A stretch of DNA of 64,000 bases from Octopus sinensis (GCF_006345805.1 NC_042998.1:12400001-12464000), one strand, 5' to 3'. Positions 37,648-54,066 are shown, numbered from the stretch's first letter. Made by a program: numbers and translations. Notes: generated by a model from the sequence alone, not told the origin.

Positions 37648-40529
37648 CCCTGATTCAGAGAAACGTAAGCATTTTATAATTAAGTTACGTACTATTCCTA
37701 TAAAATATAGAAATGAATATATTAGGTTAAAACACTTAAAATTTTAAATGTAAAAGAACTTACAACAAAAGCAGATAAATAAGAATTATAGAATATTCAC
37801 CTAAGCACATAGAGCGTAGTTGATAGTTATAAATTTGAAGACGTCACTGCTAGTCAATGCACCGAAATTTTGAGAGATGGAACCACAAAACTATCTATAT
37901 ATATAGTCTCGGATTATTGTTTGAGTAGCGAGAATTTTTTTAATAGTTACATGAACAACGTGATTTGATTGGAGGATCATGCGAGAGCGATTATATAATT
38001 TATAATTTAATGTTATGAATTTTAACCTAGAACTGCGCAGTATCACATTTTAAAAATATCTTTCAAGAATTCACATCAAGAGCATTAACATTAGCAGACA
38101 TTTGGCAGTTATTATTTTAGTATTCATCTAGATTTAATATTCATTTAATTATACATTTTACTTTGTTTAATTAGATAACAGAGGAAGCAGAAATAATTGG
38201 AATTTCATAAATGGCTGAAATCCAAGAATTAATGTTTCAGAATTCTTTTACCGGATTAGCTTTGAGACTTGATTCAGTCTGTTAACTTGCTGATTGGTGC
38301 TAAAATCGTCTGACATTTTAGGTCACTATTATCCTGTTTGTTTAATCTTACGTAATCTAGAATATTAAACCCCATTATACAATGCCGTTGTCATATGAAC
38401 AGATACTGCCCTTTTAAGTTCGTATTTTATTTTCTGTTTAATACGAGGGCAACATGACATAATCGAAATAAATCAATATAATTCACTGAAGAAAGAACGT
38501 GACATAATAAAAGGTTGAAATGTTATCAATATCAAAGGCTTGCATCTTTATCTCCTCACGGGTGTATGAAAGGAAATGAAAAAGGTCGGGAAAATGCACA
38601 TTATTGTTAAATTGATGTAAAGATACTGAATATATTTTCTAAAACTCATTCAAGCATGTTTGAATATATAATTAAAATGCATTCAGATAATGGCTCAGGA
38701 GGGAAAAAATCATTAATATGTTTTTTAATGTACTCTCGAAAAGAAATTTATAAAAAAAATTATATTGACTAACAAATTCTTAACAATATTTTATCGGAAG
38801 TATATAAGAATATGGGAAGAGAAGACATTTGTGTTTCTTCGAAGGGAACTGGAAATAGAAAAGAATGCAGTTTCGATATGATATCATGGCTGTTCTTTTG
38901 TTTTGTTTTATTTATTTTTTATTTACTTTTTATTTCACTTTATTCTTAGATTCACGGAGACGATTACGTGAATAATCATCATCGGTAATATAAAATTTTA
39001 TAACTACCGCAACTTGTTTAAACAATACACCAGCACATGATGCGAAGAATGTTGGTCTGAAAATAGAAATAAAGTCACAGATATCGTTGGCGAGTTATAT
39101 TTACTTATCTCACCCTCTACACAAGGCTGAAATTCATGTTATCGACGTAGACAGAGAAAATATAACGATTATACTTGCATACTTTATACGATTTCTGAAT
39201 GCAAAATACGAAGAATCTTCAGTAATTAGTATGAAGTGCCTGATTGGAGAATATTATTTGCTATTACGCTCACCTACAAAGTACATACAAAGTACATACA
39301 AAGTACATACAAAGTACATGTTAACTAGAGAAGGGGTGTGAATGGGATAGACATTTAGATGTGAATAACGCCCCCCCCCAAGCTTTAGTGATGTAAATTA
39401 AAACGGCAATCAATATCTGTTAGCAATTATCTACAATTGCTCGTAATTCAAAACCAAATGGCCATTACAAATACGATACCTATTTGATAATAAATATATG
39501 GGGAAATTTTCTGGTAAATTTTCTGTTCCAAGTATAGCAGTTACTTTTAAGGAATTGTACCCTTCTTATGAGAAAAGTAGGGCACTAATTTACATACATT
39601 TAAATTACTATTCACATATGTGTTCGATGTGAGTTCAGATTTTGGTAGATAATCTGGTAATCTTTTAATCTTTTAATGCAGTATTGATCGCTAGAAGTGG
39701 GTTATGTTTAATATTTGCATTAACGAAGTCATCCATTATATACTCTTAGTTATGTTGTCAATGGAGTGGCCGCAATAATCCGCAACATTGAAGTGGGTTA
39801 AAATCAAATATTGCATTTGACTTTACGTTTAGATTTCACGATCGACACTGAAACATAAATTAATAGAGAAAGTAAACTTTTCCATCTTTCATGGCTACTG
39901 CTTGAGTTCATTATCAAATCACTTCATACTCACCATTCCTGTTCATCTAAGGATTGCTATCTACTGCACAAGGATATAATCCACTGTTATAAGCAGTATT
40001 ATTACATTTCGTCAGTCATGTATGGAACATTAAGTCATACATGGCAGTGGTACAATCAAGGCGAAATTGCACTCAATATATTTCTAGAGAAAAACATTGC
40101 TTATTCAATACAAACCAATTATTTTCATATACAATATGACGTCGCTAACCTTAATATGGTATTGTAAAATACAAAATAGATAGTAAACTATAAAATCTCT
40201 GAAACTGTAAGAAAGTGAGCCACAACGATCAGCGTAGCATGAATATGCATGCTACGCCATTCAGAAAATGGGGAAAAAATCTACTGCTGTCAAATCACCA
40301 TGAGGTTACTATTGTCACTTTCAGCTATTGTATACAAGATAATATTACTTCTTTGACAACGGGATACTCATGTTTCAATAATGATACTGTAGAAAGTGAA
40401 ACATTCAATCAGGTAGTTAAGGTAATTTCGTTTAGCATTTAAAATCATAATCCGTTATCTCCGCGTCATATGTAGCGTACCGAAATTACCATGCATAAGC
40501 AGTATCTACTATATTCGGTTGGTTGTATG

Positions 40530-40763
40530 CCTATTTCTTTACTACCCACAAGGGGCTAAACACAGAGAGGACAAACAAGAAGAGACAAACGGATTAAGTA
40601 GATTATATCGATCCCAGTGCGTAACTGGTATTTAATTTATCGATCCCCGAAAGGATGAAAGGCAAAGTCGACCTTGGCGGAATTCGAACGCAGAACGGAG
40701 CGGCAGACGAAATCCCGCTAAGCATTTCGCCCGGCGTGCTAACGTTTCTGCCAGCTCACCGCC
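40530..40763 (-). mobile_element. SINE family A, full length
   Basis: Matches family A. Degenerate TSD ttcggttggttg / ttcggtcggttg. Confidence 0.92.
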
Positions 40764-41119
40764 TTTTTCGGTCGGTTGGATAAGCAACACACGTGGGCAA
40801 AAATATATGAATTGGTGCTTATCTTGACCAAAAGAATACAAAATCTCTCACCGTATCATGAAGAACAAATATAAATATATACAGCTAAATTAATCAAGTT
40901 TTTACTAAAATCTGGTCGGTAAACTATAAAACTGGCGAGTATCACGTCTGTCGTAAAAGTTTCGGGCGTCGATAAAAGAAATAAACTAAAAAGCAGGTAT
41001 TTCTTTTTCTTCTCTTGGTTGCATCAATTTGAAGAATCAGTATCCCCCCACTCCATCACCATTTTCACATACGAGAGGGCACCAAAATCAAGTCTTCTGA
41101 CATTGACGCTGTATCTTAC

Positions 41120-41360
41120 TGTCTGGCTCTCCCTCTCTCTCTCTCTTTCACTCTCTCTCTCTTTCACTCTCTCTCTCTCTCTTTCACTCTCTCTCTCTCT
41201 CGCTCTCTCCTGCTACACGTACGTAGTAATACATGTATACATACATGCGTACGTACATACGTACGGATGTACGCATTAGGTATGTATGTGTGTATGTATG
41301 TACGAATGCATGCAAGCCCGTATTAATGTATGTATGTATGTATGTTTGTATATATGTATT
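41120..41360. repeat. (CT)n and (TACA/TATG)n microsatellites
   Basis: Read directly. Confidence 0.95.
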
Positions 41361-41554
41361 GCAGTACAAGCTGCTGGGAAGCAGGAAGTCTAGGGATGTA
41401 CCGAGTAATTGTTAATAAACAAAACTTAATGTTGGAGGTGCAGAAGCGTATCAGGAACCTAGTCCTCCAATCATGGATGTTAGAAGCCCTTCGACTAAAT
41501 TTCCGGTGTGCTTAGCCAAAGCCACAGCTGACTTGACTTCATCGTGGGTCATAA

Positions 41555-44250
41555 TATTGCAGTTAAATAAAAGGAGTGATTGTATTATCTCTGATAGAAT
41601 TCAGTATCGCAGATGTATATTCCAAGTTGTTCATACTTTCTACAAATCCAGTGTCATTAATGTTAAGGAAGTATAAAGTGTATCTCACTGATTCAGAAGG
41701 AAACAGAAATACTAAAATTTGACAAGACAGTTAGTCACCGGCTGACACTCGCTGACGATACATCGAAGAGGCCAGGGAACAGAAGAAAGAAGAAGAAAGA
41801 AGACATGCACCCAACACCAGAGCTGAAGACACCCCCGAAAGGGGGGGGCGCCATGTCAAAACGGTGGAGGAGTAGGGGCCGAAACCGGACGTGGTTCCTC
41901 CTGATGATGCCTTGAGCTAACTGGATCCTATAAAGGAGCTGTTATGGTAGCAGACCACGAAACACGGTTGTAATTCCATATACTGTTTCTTCGTGGATGA
42001 CTTGAAACAATATGCTTGTAAAATGCAATATATGAAATAGAGCCTTGACTTAGTTACAATATTCTGAGAGAAAAGGGGCTGGAGTTCAGGATAAATGTTG
42101 CTATATTGTAGTGAAAATGGGGAAAAATGTAAACCAGACAAGTAGCATCGACACCAGTGACTTAATTGTTTTTCCTATATCTGATGAAGAATGCTACAAT
42201 TATCTGTAGATACACTTTAAACTTCCTTAGTATTAAGTTAAGTTAAGTTAGTTAAGTTAATTTTTTGGCTCAAAAAGCAAAAAGCAGGGCCATGTAGGGG
42301 GACATGGAGTTATGTACAGGGTGGTGTTCATGCAAAGAGTTCAGGCCACTTGTGGTCAAGAGAGACTTTGAACCGAGCGGTCGTCGGCATCTTCACTATG
42401 TCGTCCGGCAGCTTATTCCACGGATCCGTAACCCGGACGGAGAAAGACCCTCTCCTTCGATTGAGATGAAATCGTCGCAGATAGAGCTTTTCGGAGTGAC
42501 CCCGCAGCCGACGCTCTGGAGCAGGAGTGAAGAACAGCTCTTTCGAGAGTTTACACTTTCCGCTTATGATGTTGTGAGCAAGAATGTGATCACCACGGCG
42601 TCGTCGTTTTTCTAGAGAATAAAGGTCGAGCGTCTTCAGCCTTTCTTCATAAGACAAATGCTTGAGACCAAGAACCATGCAGGTAGCCAGCTTCTGGCTA
42701 GCCAGTATTAATGACAAGGGATTTGTAGAAAGTATGAACAACATCACAGCGAGGTTGTCCCCTTGGAATATACATCTGCGATATTGAATTCTATCAGAGA
42801 TAATACAATCACTCCTTGTATTTAACTGCAAGATGGTGGCCCACGATGAAACATATCATATATCTTACGAAGGCACGAAGGCCCACGATGAAGCGTATCA
42901 CATATATAACGAAGGCACGAAGTGACCCACAATGTGTTTTTGTGGTGGTATTCATACCAAAATTAAGGTTACTTGATTGGATGCTTGATGAGATACTAGC
43001 CATTGATGCGAAAACCCAGAAGATACTAACCAGCACACATAATTTTCACACCAACAGTGACATAGACTGAGTCTACCTAAAACAAAAATAAAGTGGGGTA
43101 GAGGATTTACCGACTGCCTTTGAATACCGTATCATATTCCTAGATGTTAAACAAAAATATACCTCATACCACGTGGAATTTCACAAACACGATCATGTCT
43201 AAAATGAATAACAACACCACCGACGAAAACCAGCAAAACAGCACCAGTAGGCTTTCTGAGAAGACGTAAGTACCCCTCTCTTTTTACTTGAATTCTGCAT
43301 CTCAACCAAGATTTACTTCGATGGTATGAAAGAAGCCACTGAATGCCATTTTATCGGATATATGAATCGATTAAAAAAATCCTCGGACGAATCAGGTCCC
43401 AACCTAAGCACCTTTACTTAAAAACGGCTCCAGCAACAAGCAACCTTCCTTAAAGAAAAGACGGCTTGCAGTCGTGATGTAAATCCACCTTTTCAAGACA
43501 CTGAGAACTGGCCAAAATCTGCTAGAAGGGAGATCGAAAGTAATGTAAACAAACTTGCTCGTGCCATCACTAAATTCTCATGTCTCTCCCAATACAGCTA
43601 AGTTAAAGAGCTAACTGGAATATATTTAATTTAGAAACACCATGAAACCATAATTCGCAGAAAACATGTCTCTTTTTTGAAACTATCGTTAAGCGACATG
43701 CCGTTCTGAAGAAGATTAAGTAAAACTACAGCAGCTCTAATATTGAAAGTTATCGACGACGTCACTGGAGAACTTATAAAATCATGTGATGTTAATTACT
43801 GGATGATTAATACCTTCAAATACACAGCTTCAATCACTGTTAAAGGACTCTTAGGAGAATTCTGCATTATACTTGGTAACAAAACTACCAAACGGAAGCA
43901 ACTTAGAAGAAAAACAAAACTTGAAGAAAACATGAACAATCTACGCTGCCATGTTGGATGATTAACCACGATAATAAAATGTAAGAGGACCAATGAATTT
44001 ATACCTCATCAATTATATCTTATGAATAAATTAACGAAACTATATGGTGACTCTTCGCGCCAACCTCTTGAGAGAAGTTTAATAACTCTAAAACATCTAA
44101 AATATTATCGTTTAAGTAATTCCTCTCTCAAGACGTCGAATGATTCTTGTTGAAAATCTGAAGGGAAAAAGAGGAATTTCAACCTTAATGCATATCAAAG
44201 GGAAATAGAAAATTAATTAAAATTTTTACCTCCAGTGGCCTAAAGTGTAA
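41555..44250 (+). mobile_element. Rearranged R4/Dong-clade remnant: RT motifs, an inverted duplicate, thumb, then N-terminal region
   Basis: IQYRRCIFQ (41600-41625), FVDDLKQYA...SLDLVTIF (41990-42070), LDWMLDEILAIDAKTQKILTSTHNFHTNSDID (42970-43068), then N-terminal-type IGYMNRLKK...KRLQQQATFL (43350-43455) and VNYWMINTFKYTASITV...LEENMNNLRCHVG (43790-43960). Confidence 0.8.
42236..42703 (-). mobile_element. CR1-clade LINE 3' end with (TAACT)n tail and 7 bp TSD
   Basis: GLKHLSYEERLKTLDLYSLEKRRRRGD...LRGHSEKL...FSVRVTDPWNKLP...FKVSLD. TSD agtatta at 42229-42235 and 42704-42710. Confidence 0.92.
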
Positions 44251-44659
44251 AAATTTAGCCCCAAAAGACTATGAATTAGTCATAATATATAGTGTACATT
44301 TAAACACATAAGGAATCCACTTGTAGGATTCAACACGTTAGAAAGAACACCTAGGTTCTATAACCACAAAAATTAGGGATAAAATTCAACAGGAACGAAA
44401 TGAAAAAATAAAATCATTTTACCACAGGTCGCGGTCTTATAGCGACGAAAATATTTTGACAAATTAAACTTAAATGTTGAAGTGAATCGAACGGCTTTTG
44501 TGTGTTTCTTAAATGGCTTACAAACACCTTCCACTAAGCAAGTCCATCTCCGTAATAAAATGTTTTTATATTTTCATTTCGTTCCTGTCGAATTTTATCC
44601 AAAAATGTGAATAATGACTTCATCTGAATATTTTCGGTTATTGTTTCGCTCTCTATATA

Positions 44660-47400
<2,741 letters not shown>

Positions 47401-47635
47401 TATGCATACCTACCGACCCACAGGATTATGCATACGTACTCAAACGTATTTAAACCAGTGAACGTGATCGAAACTGCATTATATGAAAATCGCCATCAAT
47501 GTATCACGCTACGTATATACACACGATTAGAAGGCATGATGCTGTGGGAATGTTCATAGATAAAATGTCCGTCGATTAGTTGTTTAAAAATACAATATAT
47601 CGTAGTGAGACGAACATAATCGTGCAGCAACTCAC

Positions 47636-47697
47636 GAGAACAACCCACGCGCTGCGTCTTTCTCGTGACTTGTCAATGCCATGAACTCGATTGTAAC
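47636..47697 (-). CDS. Candidate exon (62 nt, phase 1-0)
   Basis: Acceptor attttcgtttcagcag (NAGNAG) and donor CTC|gtgagt. Frame (G)YNRVHGIDKSRERRSAWVVL. Confidence 0.35.
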
Positions 47698-47935
47698 CTG
47701 CTGAAACGAAAATCATGCCGCGTCTATATAGGAAACAGTGAATGAAATATTCACTGGCATTGCTGAAGCTTGCCTGGGGATGGATAAACTCCGTATATGC
47801 AATTCTAACAGTATCAAATTATAATCGCCATCTATGTATCATTCTAAATATGTACACTCAATGGGACGGTAGGTTGTTGTGGATTTACGGAGATAAGAAC
47901 TCTTCATAGCTTTCTCGTGTTAAAATGTCAATATA

Positions 47936-48451
47936 CCGCAAATCCTCGAGTATAATCCGCATTTTTTCCCCAAAAATTTAATGATCAAAATCTCTAGTGC
48001 GAATTATACACGAGGTTGAAAATGAAAATTATTTTCTAAGCAATGTCCGAGACTCTACTTGCCGTCCGGCCATGTTTATTCAGACACATTTTGTAATGTC
48101 GGGCGCGAAAATACATTAAGCTAAGCCTGAAAGCAATGAAGTCATAAAAGAATCATCCATAACTTGCAGTAAGCAACATTTATTAAACTTTATTACTGTT
48201 ATTACTGTTATTTCTTTATTTTCTGCAAACAAAATGCACAAAAATGCTCCACATTTCCATTATGTTATATATACAATAACAATAAAGGACGTTACCGTAT
48301 ACATATTTACAAACCAAGGAGAAACCGCCATGACTCAAGTTAGAGAAGGGGTGTGTATTATACGCAAGGTTTAGGTTTTTTCAGAGATACAGTCCCCTAA
48401 AAATCCCCTGCGTATTATACTCAAGGGCGGACTATACTCGAGGATTTACGG
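47936..48451. mobile_element. 516 bp TcMar (Tc2-like) MITE with TA TSD
   Basis: TA|CCGCAAATCCTCGAGTATAATCCGC ... GCGGACTATACTCGAGGATTTACGG|TA. TIR of ~25 bp plus a subterminal repeat (gcgaattatacacgagg / gcgtattatactcaagg). Confidence 0.9.
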
Positions 48452-51400
48452 TATATCGAAGAGAGATGAACATCGATGCAGCAGTGGCTGATGAGAATGG
48501 AAACCTTGTTTGCATCTCTAGAGACTTCTCATTGCCGTGCAGCTGATTGCCACCTGCTTAAGAGTAATTCTTGCCTCATTCTATAGGAAACAACCAATAA
48601 AATATTCCCTGACATTGCAGAAGTCTGTTGATCTGTAGAAAAAGTCTATCAATGCAATGTTATGTATAGATTTAGTATGATGCACATATAGCGGTTAACA
48701 TTAACACAGTTACACGTCTGGTTCTTTGTTTTATCAATCTTGGATAAATGCTTGTTAGCATTTTTCTTCCGTGGTCAGTGGATGGCATACTTGTAGAACA
48801 ATGAACAATTGTTCTACTTCATTTATTGTGTGAATACTATCAATAAAGCTCTGTACACTGCATAAAGTCCATTAACTTGGCTTCCACTAAATCAAACGGA
48901 GGAATTCTATCTCTTTTGAACTATTGGTTGCCACATGCATTTGAGGGTCATTAACACGGTATCTCATGACAGAAGGGTCATAAACTTAACATTTCTATTG
49001 AAAATTTTTAATGATGATATTGTATTAATTTATTATTACATTCTAAAATTTCACTGCTATATTAATGCAAATTTGTACAAGTATATCTAATACTTAATGA
49101 ACTTTAACTGATATGAAATTCGTACAATGACTCTTTGGCATTTTAAACTTTAAAATCATCCACGTCTCTATTATTTTTTCTTTCTCTCCTCTCTCTCACT
49201 CTTTCTACTTCTTCCTTGATACGTGTCCATACACATAGTCACCCAAATATTGTTGTACACATTTATAAATATTGTTAAAGAACTCAATATATATGCATAT
49301 ATATATATATATATATATATCATTGAATGAAATATTTATTGTATGTAGCACTTCCAATTGATTTTACAATTTATATATATTCTAGTTTCCTATTTCAAGA
49401 GAATAACACTAGCCTCTGGAGATGGCAACGGCAAAATCCTAGCAATGGTAAACACTGAAAATAAGCAATCCCAAAGAAAAACATATTTGTATTTATAATG
49501 ATTCCAACCACCTGCACACATTGTTTTGGAAAACAAGCAATAATATTACCGAAATCCACCTCGCTTCATTAACCCACGAGAAGCTACTGCATATAAAGAT
49601 AAGTATACCACTGTCCCTCTACCTTTCATTTACTGGAATACTATTATGTAGTAAGCTATGTTATCCTCAGTCAAGTCCTCCGGTTGTACTTCCAGATATG
49701 CTGTGCATAGTCTGCCAATAGTTACCGATTTTACGTCTTTATTTACTACACCCACGTATATTGATGATGGACATCTATTGCTTCGATGTCTATTTGGCTG
49801 TTCCGATACCACATGCTTGGATAGCTTGGAGGTTCCGGTGTGTCTGTCAGTAATTAACCAACCTCATTCATCTGATTGCTATTTTCTAACTAAAGTTTGG
49901 TAGCTTACAGAGATGTTTTTCTGTTTTTTTTTAACGCATTCATTATCTTGGAAAGCTAAATGTTGCATGCATTGTTCTAACGTAATAATTAACGGGAAAC
50001 AACTGTAAAACGTGCTCCAGAGTCCGGCATTTGGAGCTTTGTACAAGAACAGACTTCAAAGTCATATGGAAAAAACCGAGAGTAAATATTAGCGTGAGAG
50101 CGACTTCATCAGTTTGAGTCCTTGTTTTGCCATGTAATATGATCCCAAGCATTTGAAGACTCATTTCCCTCAATACTTTTTACTATATTACTAAGAGAAA
50201 TTGTGGCTATCTTTCGTCAAAATGTCATTCGTACACCGTTCGCCTTTTTTGAGGGAGTTGCAGTCCCAAATCATAAATAATGCGGTAATTATTGTACAGA
50301 ATACTACCTGGGCTTTCACTCATTCCTTGGGCTGGACTGGTTGGGGCATTTAGTCGTTGGGGTATTTGGTCGGGAGAACATTCCTTCGGTGGGTTCTAAT
50401 CCTATCTGCGTAGTATTTCTCAGCCTTTTGTTGGCAAGTGCCTTTATATTCTAAGTTATTAAACTCACCTGGTTATCATGTTGTAATCCTGGTTGATCAT
50501 CCCTTCTGTTGTAAATGTATAATTTATCAATTTTTTCGCTAGTCATGCATTATTATAAATCACCTATGGAATAAAAGCAAAATTAAACTATTGCTATTTG
50601 GACTTCATTTAGTTTCATAGGGTTAAATAAGTATATATTTTGCCGGAATATCATATCAATGTGTGCGTGTGTGTATGTCTACGTATAGTGTGTGAGTGAG
50701 TTTATTGCAAATAGCGCTAAGTAAGTCTGTTTACAACGTATTTTTCTATAGTTTTTACAAAATTCGTCAGATTTCAAAACTTTGAATTAGAAATTTATTC
50801 AATTTTAACGACGTGTTTTGCATCTAACGTCTGTGATGCGAAATGATTTTAAAAAAAAGATCAATGTTTATATTTGAATAATAACTTACGATATATATTT
50901 AGAAATATATTTTTCTAATCGTGTAAGTATTTGTTGTGTTACACTCTTGCGACTAAACCTATAAATCCGGGTAATGTTGCTTTATTTTAGTCTTGAAAAG
51001 AAATGTTCTTACATAAAACTTCAGTTATTTTATTTTAGAGCCTACCTTATCTCGAGACACTTTTTCCAATTGCACTTGAAATTCGTCATGTTTTGGAAAT
51101 AAATTTTGTCGAAACCCCTGGGCACTTACAGAGAATCAAAAAATAAATTAGAAAAGCAAGCATATAATGAAAGAAAAATGGAATATGCATCCCGATAAGT
51201 CTTATTTAAACAGAAAAATATTTCTTCTTTCCACAATTTTTTTTACGTTAAATTTTGCAGTCTATTTTTGTATTTGTAGTATCTCGAGCAATATTTAGTT
51301 ATTTCTTTTTTACTTTGACTTTTAAGAATACCAAATCAAATTGTAGATTCACTCCTTTGTACAAAACGGACGGAAGTTTTATAAAAGAAAAATGAATAGA

Positions 51401-52344
51401 AGAACTAAGCGGTGTTCGTAAAAATATATCTTTGTAAGATTCTAAAAATATTACTTTCGTTTGCAATCGTTTTGAAAAGCATTGAGTTACATTTTTTCTT
51501 TACAAATAGGTATGTCGCTTACGTCAATGCATAATATTGATCAATAAATTTGGTAAACTGCGTATTTCGAAAAGCTATAATGGATTTCTACATAGGTGAA
51601 CTGTGTTTAATATTAAGGGTCTTGTCATACACAGTGCATCAATCAATCCTTTATTTCAATCCGGAGATGCTACTTTGGCAGTCATAAGATGGCACCTACA
51701 AAACTGTCATTTTCTGATGCCTGATGCTATTTAATAAGGAGAGCTTTCTCAATTAGTCTTACATCAGTTTAGCGCTCTTTGTTTCGTTATGCGAATTTTT
51801 GATTATATTCATCTTACAATAATATTTATTACTGACGTCTTGTAGAAACAGTTTGGAAATCCATATTTCTGGTTTTCTCTACATATAGATTTTAGGTGGT
51901 TATTCTTTCGTTTTTAAAGACAGGATTGAGAAGCATTTTGTATTTAGGTTAATGATCTAGTGCAAATGTTTCACTTCTTTACCTAATATCACATTAATCT
52001 GAAATGCGCTGGAACGAAACATGTAGTATGTGATTCTGGGGTGCGGGTTAAAACCACGCTGTTTTCATCTGTACTTCATCATTTTACTGAGCAGTAAAAC
52101 AACAAAATTCTTCGTCGAAGGGTTAGTAGCACGGCAGAGATGTGGTTCAGCATCTCCACCTGCTGCCTAAGTTCTAGTGGCCAAACTCTCAAAAGAAATT
52201 TATGTATTAAGATGTATCATCAGAATTATCCTAACCTTTGACAACAACAGTGACGAGAAGGGCAAAAGTTTAAATACTTTAGCAACTGTTAGTACTCTGT
52301 AGAGAGCAACTTGTGAACTTGATGCTGCAGATAATCAGACGATA

Positions 52345-52355
52345 AGTGTGTGTGA

Positions 52356-52391
<36 letters not shown>

Positions 52392-52408
52392 GTATATATA
52401 TACATATG

Positions 52409-52463
<55 letters not shown>

Positions 52464-52660
52464 GTGTGTGTGTGTGTACAGAGAGAGAGAGAGAGCGAGA
52501 GAGAGAGAGAGAGAGAGACGGGTCGCTCGCACGCACATAAACACATGTATTTATGCATGCATGTATGTATGTGTGTGTGTATACATATGTTTTTTATGTA
52601 TGTATGTTTATATTATATATGTATGTATGTATGTATCGATCTATTTATCCATCCATATAA
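52345..52660. repeat. (TA)n/(TG)n/(GA)n/(TATG)n compound microsatellite
   Basis: Read directly. Confidence 0.96.
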
Positions 52661-52689
52661 ATAGTTGAAATTTATAAAAAAACAAAACA

Positions 52690-52830
52690 CAAAGACAGAC
52701 AGATGTATGATCAACAAGCAAGTCTATTAGTTTTAGCCTCGGGAAAATGAAAAAAGTATTTTACCTTTCGAGGCTATGCTCGTCAACACAAAGGAATAAG
52801 AAAAAATAAACAGACAGAATGAAAAAAGAC
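52690..52830 (-). mobile_element. Old copy related to the PLE-terminus-like repeat (11103/53598 family)
   Basis: aagtctattagttttagcctcgggaaaatgaaaaaagtattttacctttcgaggctatgctcgtc aligns by eye to the reverse complement of 11180-11260. Confidence 0.55.
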
Positions 52831-53539
52831 CATCACTGATCATTGCCCACGCAAAAGGCCATCAATGGCCGTATATTAAGCTTATTTAGCAGAAATCTGT
52901 TTTACCTGGATCCTGTTCGCAGCTTTCGTGCTTGCCGCCACGGCTCCCTCCTACGTGATTGGGCATTGGATAGTCCCACCATCGGCGATTGCACAATCCA
53001 AAATTTTAGATTCAATACTGCTTGCATAGCACCTCAGAAACTATCTCTATCATACTGGGAGGATCAAGAGACAAGCCACGGTAAGATAATCACTGCTAAT
53101 ATGGATCGCAGTCTCAAGAATATGGGAACGCCATGATCTCAAGTTGAAGCAACAAAATCAGTGCCATTCCCTACATATCTGATTTTACATCAGAGTGACA
53201 ACCTAGAGACATGCTTTACCGAAAGCTAAGGGATGTCGAACTCCTTGTTTTTATTCCAGCACGCCACACACCAACCTGGAATTTCTGATGACGTGTGGTA
53301 TTGTTAGATAGTGCTTGAACCTACACTGGATTTATCCGTCTTTTTCAGAGGTTTTGTTTATAGTCGTTTTGGCTCCCCAGTAGCCCTCCTCGCCAGGCAA
53401 ATCTAGTGGGAGTGCCGGTTTAGTCGCCAATGAAATGGACCATGCAGCAGGTTTGACTGGATTGCATGTTACCAGCATTCCTGAGAGATCTCATGACCTC
53501 ACAATTGACCTGAAGCACACACATATTTGAAATTTATAC

Positions 53540-53810
53540 AAAAAACTAAAGAAGACAGGAGCATGAACAACAAGCAGATGTATTAGTTTGACGCTCTCAT
53601 GATAGATCGTTAGCAACTACACACATTTTATTTCTCTCCTTGTTTCTCTAGTTGTTTTTTTTTCTGTGTCCCTTTCTGTAGAATAGCGTAGGCTCGAAAT
53701 GTAAAATACTTTTTCTATTCTTGAGCGTTATACTAATACATTTGTTTGCTTTGTACACCACATGTCTTCGTCTTTTGTTCTTTTCGTAAACTCTCCCTAT
53801 ATATATATAT
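53540..53810 (+). mobile_element. PLE-terminus-like repeat preceded by a partial inverted copy
   Basis: 53598-53810 matches 11103-11310. 53545-53597 is an imperfect reverse complement of 53720-53780. Ends in (TA)n. Confidence 0.72.
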
Positions 53811-54027
53811 GTCACTTGATCACTTGATCACTTTGACCGACCAGTCCGTCAGGCGTCCATTTGACATCGCTGGTTACAGCACGCTGTCCACTCCTCTCTG
53901 GATCGCGCCTTTCTCATCCACGTGATCTCAATCGTGCTCTTGAAATCGTCACTCCACCGTCGTGGAGGTCTTCCGGGTGGTCTTTTCCTTCACGCAGGTA
54001 CCACTCGAGAACTGCGTGCGTCCACCG

Positions 54028-54029
<2 letters not shown>
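53811..54029 (-). mobile_element. RTE-clade LINE 3' end with (GATCAAGT)n tail
   Basis: RWTHAVLEWYLREGK..PGRPPRRWSDDFKSTIEITWMRKARSREEW (one frameshift) followed by a short tandem tail. Confidence 0.85.

Positions 54030-54066
<37 letters not shown>

Larger units (their letters stand above)
36178..37663. mobile_element. Fold-back/MITE-like element with ~175 bp inverted arms; right arm carries two nested insertions
   Basis: 36180-36350 is the reverse complement of 36960-37124 + 37493-37509 + 37653-37663 (e.g. ttcgaaacgaaaaggttatga, aatcaagttggtgaagaaa, ctgtagtcccg.aacactatagg, taaataaaaccctgattcagagaaa). Confidence 0.82.

Noticed and set aside
40232-40257. Perfect 10 bp hairpin gcgtagcatg-aatatg-catgctacgc (similar ones near 33378 and 48793)
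   Set aside because: Isolated short stems with no associated feature. A few are expected by chance in 64 kb.
40325-40421. Plus-strand exon candidate YCIQDNITSLTTGYSCFNNDTVESETFNQ
   Set aside because: Splice sites are plausible, but there is no compatible partner exon and no recognisable domain.
52843-53500. ORF 52843-53136 and flanks as an RTE-like remnant
   Set aside because: Composition is TE-like but no diagnostic motif could be confirmed.
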